Assembly: GCA_049802875.1 (NCBI GenBank)
Contig: JBARNH010000036.1
Coordinates: 6,081 to 70,080 of the forward strand
DNA: 64,000 nucleotides
From: Thermoplasmata archaeon
Lineage (GTDB): Archaea; Thermoplasmatota; Thermoplasmata; Lutacidiplasmatales; UBA184
Reading direction: 5' to 3'
The notes under the pieces were generated by a model. That model was not told the origin of the DNA, did no database searches, and saw only the letters and a program-made list of their open reading frames with translations. This document shows positions 57,267 to 64,000 of the stretch, one piece after another; positions within the stretch are counted from its first letter, which is position 1, and each line of letters opens with the position of its first letter. The position numbers and the translations under genes are program-made.

Positions 57267-59864
57267 TTGGCAACTCCGACCAATCCATCCGCGGCCTCGT
57301 ACCCTGCGCCGATGAATCCGCCTCCACCGTCCGTTCCTCCGCCGACGCCTCCCCCGCCCCGAAAGGGAATGTCCAGCGGCTTGAAAGTGGCCATCATCGC
57401 GGTCGTGGTGGTCATCATCGTGGTCATCGGGCTGGGCTTCTCGGGGCTGATCCCTGGGTTCAAGCTGGGCGGGTCGAGCTCGACCAGCCCGAGCGCCGCG
57501 CAGTACGTGGTCACCTTCTCCGAGACCGGACTGCCGTCGGGCACCTCTTGGTCCATCACGTTCGCGGGCTCTACGGAGTCTGCGGCGACGTCCACGATCA
57601 CGTTCTCGGAGAAGAACGGTACGTATTCTTTCACGGTCGGAGCCGTGACCGGGTTCGCGGCCACCCCAACCTCCGGTAGCCTCACCGTCAATGGGGCGGC
57701 GTTGAACCAAGGAATCACGTTCGCCAGCGGCTACAGCGTCACCTTCACCGAGTCGGGGCTGCCGTCCGGAACCATGTGGTCGGTCACCCTCAGCGGCTCG
57801 ACTCTCTCATCGACCTCGGAGTCCATCGCCTTCACCGAAGCGAACGGCATGTATTCCTACACGATCCCGTCTGCCACGGGGTACACGGCCAGTCCCGCGT
57901 CGGGAACCGTGACGGTGAGCAGCGCACCCCAGTCCGTGACCGTCACGTTTACGTCCATTCCTCCGGGCGAGTACGTGGTCACCTTCACGGAGAGCGGACT
58001 CCCGACCAGCACCAGCTGGTCGGTCACCCTGCAAGGGAGCTTGCAATCCTCGACGACCAGCGCCATCACGTTCGACGAGATGAATGGGTCCTATCCCTAC
58101 ACGGTGGGCACGGTGAGCGGGTACACCGCGACCCCATCGAGCGGTAACGTGCCCGTCTCCGGAGGGCCAGCGTTCGTCACGATCACATTCACCACCTCCA
58201 CTTCTGGGCTGGGCGGGCCCCAGTACGCGGTGACCTTCGATCAGACCGGGTTGCCGGCGGACGAGCTGTGGAGCGCCGGTGCCGCTCCGGTGTCGAACTT
58301 CCTGCTGGAGTACGGAGCGGCGAGCGTAGGGCCGAGTATCGAGTTCTCGGCACCGGACGGCGCCTACTACTGGTCCACGGGTACGAATGCGTACGGCCCG
58401 AACGGAAACCCCTACGTTACGGAACCCTCGGGCGGAGAGTTTAACGTGACCGGGTCCCCCGTGACAATCCCGTTCGCATTCCTTCCCACGTACTCGGTCA
58501 ACTTCACTGAGACCGGCCTCCCCATGGACGCCAGTTGGAACGTGACGCTGAACGGGACGACCACTTGCTATGCTACTGGTCCCGAAAACTGCACATCGGA
58601 CGCCACGTGGACGAACGGTACCCTCCCGTTCGTGGTCGCCGCGTTCGGCTACACCCCATCCCCGGAGTCGGGGTCGGTCACCGTCTCCGGTGCCAATGTC
58701 TCCACGCCAATCTCGTTCACCTCCCTCACATTGTACTCGGTGGAGTTTACCGAGTCCGGTCTGGCTTCCGGAACGGACTGGTCCGTCTATCTCAATGGAA
58801 CGCTTGGGTTCGGCACCGCGCCGGGGAACATCGTGCTCACCGGTTTCCCGAATGGCATCTACCCGTTCGATGACGTGACCACGAACGGCTACTATTCGGC
58901 GAGTCCGAGTTCCGGCAGCGTCACTGTCGCTTCGGCGCCCGGCAGCCAGGCCATTGTGTTCACGGCGCTTTCCACCTACACCGTGACGTTCAGCGAAAGC
59001 GGCCTTGCATCAAGCACCGGTTGGGAGGTCTACCTCAACTTGAGCTACGGATCCGCTTCCGCCCCGACGACGATACCGCTGTCGGCTCCGGTCGGTAACA
59101 ACACGTGGACCGCATACGCCTCGGGGTACTACGACCAGTACGGGTACGTGATCGTAACGACCGGGGCGAACCCGGTGACCGTCACGTTCACGGCCCTGCC
59201 TACCCCCCCGCTCACGTACATCGTGACGTTCAACGAAACCGGCCTTCCGTCGTCATACGACTACTGGTCGGTGTACATGGTCAACAATGGGCTCGATACC
59301 ACGTGCAGCGATTCCAATGCGGCGGGCGCTAACATCAGTTGCTTTGTGCCCGACGGATACTATTCCTGGGTGGCCACCGCCGACTTTTCACCGAACTACA
59401 CTGCAAGTCCCACGTCCGGCTATGTGACCGTGACCGGGGCCACGATCATCGTGAACGTCACGTACGTGAACACGACCGCCCTGGACGAGTACCTGGCGGC
59501 ATTCGTCGAGTGGTCGTACTGGTACTTTGGTGAGGGTGGGATCCCCAACGGATCGAGCTGGAGCGTTACGCTCGGGGGAGTCACCCAGAGTTCGCAAGGG
59601 ATGTTCATTTACTTCCTTGAACCGAACGGTACCACACAAGCCTACACCATCACACCGCCCGCAGGGTATGTGGTAGTGCCGAGCTCCGGGAACATTACTG
59701 GCTACACGCAGACTTACCAGGGCTCCTACGAGATCTGGTACTACCCGACCGTAGTCGTGGTGTTCGCCGCGGACCCCCCGTTGGAGCTTTCGGGGAACTC
59801 TATTGCGACTTCCCTATCCAACGCCCCCCATGTCTTCGCGATAGCGGCGACACGCGACTCCTGA
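57267..59864 (+). CDS. type-II-anchored surface protein: Pro-rich cytoplasmic N-tail, TM, about 12 tandem ~70-aa 'GLPxGTxWSV' repeats
   Basis: The N-terminus is Pro-rich (MATPTNPSAASYPAPMNPPPPSVPPPTPPPP) followed by a TM helix (VAIIAVVVVIIVVIGLGF). The repeats read Y.VTFTE.GLP.GT.WSVTL.G...S....I.F.E.NG.Y.Y.V....GY.A.P.SG.V.V. There are about 20 N-x-S/T sequons. The track's first codon is non-ATG. The ATG at codon 16 is an alternative start. Confidence 0.8.
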   Translation: MATPTNPSAASYPAPMNPPPPSVPPPTPPPPRKGMSSGLKVAIIAVVVVIIVVIGLGFSGLIPGFKLGGSSSTSPSAAQYVVTFSETGLPSGTSWSITFAGSTESAATSTITFSEKNGTYSFTVGAVTGFAATPTSGSLTVNGAALNQGITFASGYSVTFTESGLPSGTMWSVTLSGSTLSSTSESIAFTEANGMYSYTIPSATGYTASPASGTVTVSSAPQSVTVTFTSIPPGEYVVTFTESGLPTSTSWSVTLQGSLQSSTTSAITFDEMNGSYPYTVGTVSGYTATPSSGNVPVSGGPAFVTITFTTSTSGLGGPQYAVTFDQTGLPADELWSAGAAPVSNFLLEYGAASVGPSIEFSAPDGAYYWSTGTNAYGPNGNPYVTEPSGGEFNVTGSPVTIPFAFLPTYSVNFTETGLPMDASWNVTLNGTTTCYATGPENCTSDATWTNGTLPFVVAAFGYTPSPESGSVTVSGANVSTPISFTSLTLYSVEFTESGLASGTDWSVYLNGTLGFGTAPGNIVLTGFPNGIYPFDDVTTNGYYSASPSSGSVTVASAPGSQAIVFTALSTYTVTFSESGLASSTGWEVYLNLSYGSASAPTTIPLSAPVGNNTWTAYASGYYDQYGYVIVTTGANPVTVTFTALPTPPLTYIVTFNETGLPSSYDYWSVYMVNNGLDTTCSDSNAAGANISCFVPDGYYSWVATADFSPNYTASPTSGYVTVTGATIIVNVTYVNTTALDEYLAAFVEWSYWYFGEGGIPNGSSWSVTLGGVTQSSQGMFIYFLEPNGTTQAYTITPPAGYVVVPSSGNITGYTQTYQGSYEIWYYPTVVVVFAADPPLELSGNSIATSLSNAPHVFAIAATRDS

Positions 59865-60046
59865 GACCAACAACGCCCGGCGGCCGACGATGGTTCCCGT
59901 AACCGGTCCTCCGTCGGCCAACTTTCCGGATTCGGGCAGACGGTGAAACAGCTTCGTTTCTAGGTCCGGGTGGGGCCCCACGTCGCGCGGCCCGGCACCC
60001 GGCGGGTTAAGTACACCCTCTTCGTTCCCCCGAACCGGCGGTCCCG

Positions 60047-62659
60047 TTGGCAGCTCCGAGCAATCCATCCGCGGCCTCGTACCCTCCGCCGATGAATCAG
60101 CCTCCCCCACCGGCCCCACCGCCGTCCCCTCCCCCGAAGCGAAAGGGACTGTCGAAGGGAGTGCTCGTGGCGATTGCCGCCGTCGTCGTGGTCGTCATCG
60201 TGGTTCTCGGACTGGGTTTCTCTGGGCTGATCCCCGGGTTCAAGTTGGGCGGGTCGAGCTCAGGCGGCGCGAGCGGCCCATCGTACGTGATCACGTTCAC
60301 CGAAACCGGACTACCGTCGGGGACGACCTGGTCGATCACCCTCGCCGGTAGCGTGGCCTCGTCGGCCACGCCCACCATCACGTTCTCGGAGAAGAACGGT
60401 AGCTATTCATACTCCGTCGGGTCCGTACCAGGGTTCGCCGCGAACCCAACGTCGGGGACGGTGGGCGTCAACGGGCTGGCAGTGAACGAGGCCATCACGT
60501 TCCAGGCCGGATACGCCGTCACCTTCACCGAATTCACGCTACCCTCAGGCACAATGTGGTCGGCCACCCTGAACGGGTCGACTCTCTCCTCGACGTCGGG
60601 CTCCATTGCGTTCACCATCCCGAACGGGGTGTATGCCTACTCGATCCCGACGGTGTCCGGGTATACGGCAAGTCCCGCGTCGGGATCGGTCACAGTGAGC
60701 GGCGTCGCCCAATCGGTGCCGATCACCTTCACTCCGGTTCCCGCGGGAGAGTATGCGGTCACGTTCACCGAGAGCGGTCTTCCCGGCGGCACGAGCTGGT
60801 CGGTCACCCTCGGGGGAACCCTCCAGTCCTCGACGACCACCACCATCACTTTCAACGAGAACAACAACACCTATCCTTACACCGTAGGCGCGGTCAGCGG
60901 CTACACCGCGGCCCCATCGAGCGGGAACGTCGTCGTCTCCGGCGGGCCGGCGTCCGTTACGATCACGTTCACCACCTCCTCCAACCCGTTGGCCGGGCCG
61001 CAGTACGCGGTGACATTCGACCAGTCCGGGTTGGCTGCGGACGAGCTCTGGAGCACCTACGCCTCGGTCAAGACAGATTTGTTCTTGTACTACGGGGCGA
61101 CGAGCGCAGGAGCCAGCATGGAGTACTCGGCCCCGGACGGCACGTACTACTGGTCCGTCTCCACGGACGCAATGGGCGCGAACGGCAACCCGTACCAGCC
61201 GGACCCGGCCGGAGGGACGTTTACGGTGTCCGGCGGCCCGGTGACAATCCCGGTCGCCTTCCTGCCGACGTACTCGGTCAACTTCACCGAGACCGGTCTG
61301 ACTCCGGGAGCCCCCTGGAATGTGACATTGAATGGGACAACCATTTGCTATGGCACGGCTCCCACGAATTGCACAACGGATACCACGTGGACGAACGGTA
61401 CCCTTTCGTTCGTGGTCGCCGCCCTTGGCTACACCGCCTCCCCGGCGACGGGGATGATCACCGTATCGGGCGGTAACGTCTCTCAGGCGATCTCGTTCAC
61501 TTCCGTGTCCACGTACATGGTGACGTTCACCGAGACGGGCCTGGCTTCCGGAGTGTATTGGTACGTCACCTTGGACGGTGTGCCTGGTTATGGCAACGCG
61601 CCATCGACCATCGTGTTCCCCGACTTCCCGATCGGAGACTTCCCGTTCTATGACGTGTCCTCGGCCGGCTACTATTCGGCGAGCCCGACATCCGGCAGCG
61701 TGACCGTCACCTCGGGCGGCGGAAGCCAGGCGATCGTATTCACGGCGATCACTCTCTACCCAGTGACCTTCACCGAGCACGGGCTGACGTCGGGCAGCCC
61801 GTGGACCGTCGAGCTCAACGAGAGCGAAGGAAATGCGGCCGCGCCGACGCCGATTTCTGTGTCGGCCCCCGCCGGAAACAACAGTTACGTCGCCTACTCC
61901 ACGGGGTACATCACTCAATCTGGGTACGAGATCGTAACGACAGGGACGAACGCGGTGTCCGTCACTTTCTCCCTTCCGCCGCCCCCACCTACCCTGTATA
62001 ACGTGACGTTCAACGAAACCGGCCTTCCGATGACCGGTGGTTGGGGGATCGAGCTGCAGAATAATGGGGCGTATATCTCGCTGTACACTACATGCTCGAA
62101 TTCCTCGGGGGCCGGCACCAATCTCAGTTGCTACGTGCCGGACGGCAATTATTCATGGTCGGCTTCCACGCTGTACACACCCAATTACACCGCATCCCCG
62201 ACGGCGGGCTATCTGACCGTTGACGGCGCGGGCACGATCGTCATCGTTTCGTTCGTCAACACAACGGCATCGGGCCAGTACTTAGTGGCGTTCGCCGAGG
62301 ATGCCTACTCGGAATTCGGTATCGGCGGGACACCCAACGGATCGACGTGGAGCGTGACGCTCGGGGGAGTGACCCATACTTCGCAGGGGATGTACATCGC
62401 CTTCCTCGCGACGAACGGCTCCACCGAAGCGTATACGATCACCCCGCCCGCGGGATACGTGGTGGTACCGAGTTCGGGAAGCATCACCGGCTACACCTCA
62501 TGGTACCAGGGCGACCTATCCGTGGAAGCGTACGCCTTTGTGAGCGTGGTGTTCGCGGCTACGGACCCCCCGCTCGAGGTCCCGGCGAGCGAAATTGCGA
62601 GCAGCCTCTCGGGCGCTCCCCACGGGTTTGCAATGGCCCCGCCCCGGGACGAGTCCTAG
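60047..62659 (+). CDS. paralogous type-II-anchored repeat surface protein (tandem duplicate of 57267..59864)
   Basis: Same architecture and collinear sequence (about 70% identity by eye). The N-terminus MAAPSNPSAASYPPPMNQPPPP matches the first copy, and the upstream 50 bp is also conserved. Confidence 0.8.
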   Translation: MAAPSNPSAASYPPPMNQPPPPAPPPSPPPKRKGLSKGVLVAIAAVVVVVIVVLGLGFSGLIPGFKLGGSSSGGASGPSYVITFTETGLPSGTTWSITLAGSVASSATPTITFSEKNGSYSYSVGSVPGFAANPTSGTVGVNGLAVNEAITFQAGYAVTFTEFTLPSGTMWSATLNGSTLSSTSGSIAFTIPNGVYAYSIPTVSGYTASPASGSVTVSGVAQSVPITFTPVPAGEYAVTFTESGLPGGTSWSVTLGGTLQSSTTTTITFNENNNTYPYTVGAVSGYTAAPSSGNVVVSGGPASVTITFTTSSNPLAGPQYAVTFDQSGLAADELWSTYASVKTDLFLYYGATSAGASMEYSAPDGTYYWSVSTDAMGANGNPYQPDPAGGTFTVSGGPVTIPVAFLPTYSVNFTETGLTPGAPWNVTLNGTTICYGTAPTNCTTDTTWTNGTLSFVVAALGYTASPATGMITVSGGNVSQAISFTSVSTYMVTFTETGLASGVYWYVTLDGVPGYGNAPSTIVFPDFPIGDFPFYDVSSAGYYSASPTSGSVTVTSGGGSQAIVFTAITLYPVTFTEHGLTSGSPWTVELNESEGNAAAPTPISVSAPAGNNSYVAYSTGYITQSGYEIVTTGTNAVSVTFSLPPPPPTLYNVTFNETGLPMTGGWGIELQNNGAYISLYTTCSNSSGAGTNLSCYVPDGNYSWSASTLYTPNYTASPTAGYLTVDGAGTIVIVSFVNTTASGQYLVAFAEDAYSEFGIGGTPNGSTWSVTLGGVTHTSQGMYIAFLATNGSTEAYTITPPAGYVVVPSSGSITGYTSWYQGDLSVEAYAFVSVVFAATDPPLEVPASEIASSLSGAPHGFAMAPPRDES

Positions 62660-62880
62660 TACGATCCTCGGTCCGTGCCGAGCGGGCACGGGAGGCGGGC
62701 GTCCACTCTCGTACCGGGGCCCGAAGCCCTGACATTCTCTGGATTGGCTCGTAGGACGGCGTTTGCACCAATCGGTTATTCTAACTCCGCAGATTTTGGG
62801 AATCGAGAGGTTGGCGAACTCCTTCCCGGCGGTCGACCGGTGAGGAATTTCGCGATGCCTCAGGAAGCGAATCTTACCGC

Positions 62881-63180
62881 ATGAGCGAAATCGAGCCCGT
62901 CCTCGACGTGGTCGCCCTCGTTCTGGCGATTCTTTTGGCGCTGATCGGGTTCGCCGCCGCCGCTCGGTACCGGGACCGGCGGTTCGCGTTCGTCGGAGTC
63001 GCCCTCACGGTTCTCGGGCTCGTCAGCGGGGTCGGTCTCGCGAATGTGCTCTGGTCCGGCGTGATCCCCGGCGGCCATCTGGGCCCCACGCTCGCTGGCC
63101 TGCTCATCGTATCCGAGGCCCTGTTGTACCTCTCGTTCGTCGCTTCCCGGCCGTGGACGCCGCGCACCTCGGGCCCGTAG
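62881..63180 (+). CDS. hypothetical small membrane protein (3 TM)
   Basis: 99 aa, hydrophobic. Its stop is 1 nt before the downstream regulator's start, suggesting an operon. Confidence 0.4.
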   Translation: MSEIEPVLDVVALVLAILLALIGFAAAARYRDRRFAFVGVALTVLGLVSGVGLANVLWSGVIPGGHLGPTLAGLLIVSEALLYLSFVASRPWTPRTSGP

Positions 63181-63181
63181 C

Positions 63182-63697
63182 GTGCTGGACCTCCCTGCCC
63201 GCCGTCGGATCTTCGATTTCGTCCGCGAGCACCCCGGGTCGAGCGCCCGCACAATCCAACGCGGGCTCGGGTTGGGGTGGGGTGAGACCGCGTACCATCT
63301 GGACCAGATGCTGCGGGGAGGTCTACTCTGCCGAGAGCGCGGGGGCCGTCGGGACTACTACTTCCCGCGCGAGATGCTGCCGCTCGACCGTCAGCTGCTC
63401 GTTGCGATGCAGAGCGTCGCCGAGCGAGCGATCCTGGTCGAGCTCGCCCGGTTCCCGGGGCTGACGTTTCGTGAGCTGGTGGACCGGTTGGCGGTCGGGA
63501 AGTCGACGATGGCCTTCCACCTCAAGTTCCTCGTGGCGCTCGGACTCGTCGAGGTCGACTCTTCGGGACCCACCCGACGGTACCGGGCCCACCGCCCGGA
63601 GCTGATCCTCCGACTCTACGGCACCTACCGAGACTCCTTCGAAGCGCGGTGGATCGACCGGTTCGCCTCGACGTGGGGTGGCCTGACCCGAAAGTAA
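63182..63697 (+). CDS. winged-helix transcriptional regulator (two wHTH modules, ArsR/TrmB-like)
   Basis: The HTH-like segment SSARTIQRGLGLGWGETAYHLDQMLRGGLL and a second wHTH, LTFRELVDRLAVGKSTMAFHLKFLVALGLVEV, are present. GTG start. Confidence 0.6.
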   Translation: MLDLPARRRIFDFVREHPGSSARTIQRGLGLGWGETAYHLDQMLRGGLLCRERGGRRDYYFPREMLPLDRQLLVAMQSVAERAILVELARFPGLTFRELVDRLAVGKSTMAFHLKFLVALGLVEVDSSGPTRRYRAHRPELILRLYGTYRDSFEARWIDRFASTWGGLTRK

Positions 63698-63736
63698 CCG
63701 TTCGAAACCACGCGCAGGGGCTCCGACCGTCGCGGG

Positions 63737-63952
63737 TCAGTGGACCGGCGACAGACCGTCCTCGATCGGTCGGCGTCGGAGGCGGTGGGCCAGCACCCCG
63801 AGGAGGAGGCCCACGGCGACCGCGCCGCCGACCCCGGTCAGCACGAGGAGCAAGGGCAGTCCTCCGGCGACCGCCGGCGCGAGCACGGGCGGAGGGGAGA
63901 CCGCACCGCCCGTGCCCTGCGGTCCGAACTCGACCCAGGGGTCGTAGCTCAC
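63737..63952 (-). CDS. possible small membrane protein or 3' end of a gene continuing beyond the window
   Basis: The frame stays open to the window edge upstream. One TM helix followed by RRRR. Very weak evidence. Confidence 0.2.
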   Translation of the reverse strand: MSYDPWVEFGPQGTGGAVSPPPVLAPAVAGGLPLLLVLTGVGGAVAVGLLLGVLAHRLRRRPIEDGLSPVH

Positions 63953-64000
63953 GCCGGAATACCCTCCGGCTCCGGTGAACGTCAGCAGCGCACCGGCGGT

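Larger units (their letters stand above)
57220..62660 (+). repeat. tandem gene duplication (two ~2.8-kb units including conserved upstream GGTTAAGTACAYCCTCTTCGTTCCCCC element) plus intragenic ~210-bp repeats
   Basis: Upstream motifs at about 57224-57250 and 60004-60030 are near-identical, and the two proteins are collinear. Confidence 0.75.

Noticed and set aside
18300-62400. Possibility that the periodic DNA repeats are a CRISPR array or a mobile-element repeat
   Set aside because: The periods (about 210, 300 and 630 bp) are far too long. The repeats are imperfect at the DNA level and in-frame coding. There are no short identical direct repeats with unique spacers, no cas genes and no transposase or integrase.
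63649-63978. The plus-strand 109-aa ORF at the window end
   Set aside because: It is Arg/Pro-rich and low-complexity, typical of a GC-frame artefact.

Overview
This is a high-GC (~65%) window that is archaeal. It encodes a canonical two-repeat TATA-box-binding protein (TBP) and a Dpm1-like dolichyl-phosphate glycosyltransferase, TATA-like promoter elements sit upstream of several genes, and no rRNA or tRNA was recognised by eye.

The first ~17 kb is ordinary core metabolism:
- an ABC-2 exporter pair;
- a translationally coupled 2-oxoacid dehydrogenase operon (E1alpha, E1beta, E2, an extra E1alpha paralog, E3, LipB, an SDR);
- an HsdR-N-like nuclease-fold protein;
- an ArsR/SRPBCC pair with a palindromic operator;
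- a VOC enzyme, a VIT-family transporter and an MFS transporter.

From ~15 kb to ~63 kb the window is a cell-envelope and protein-glycosylation island:
- nucleotide-sugar genes: a GHMP sugar kinase plus nucleotidyltransferase, RmlA/RmlC/RmlD, an epimerase/dehydratase and GDP-mannose 4,6-dehydratase;
- three NUDIX hydrolases, GT2 glycosyltransferases including a Dpm1-like enzyme, and an FkbM methyltransferase;
- five very large, sequon-rich, repeat-built membrane-anchored surface proteins. Two are near-identical and tandemly duplicated together with their promoter;
- a 6-blade NHL propeller and a secreted beta-helix protein.

The most unusual element is a duplicated, ATGA-coupled two-gene module at 28.9-31.6 kb and 52.3-54.9 kb. 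Each copy encodes a polytopic GT-C-like membrane protein followed by an N-anchored, heavily sequon-decorated extracytoplasmic partner. A third, cytosolic homolog of the partner domain lies at 51.3-52.1 kb. I suspect this module is an uncharacterised surface-glycan processing system.

No mobile elements or CRISPR arrays were seen. Many of the listed six-frame ORFs are antisense or high-GC artefacts.
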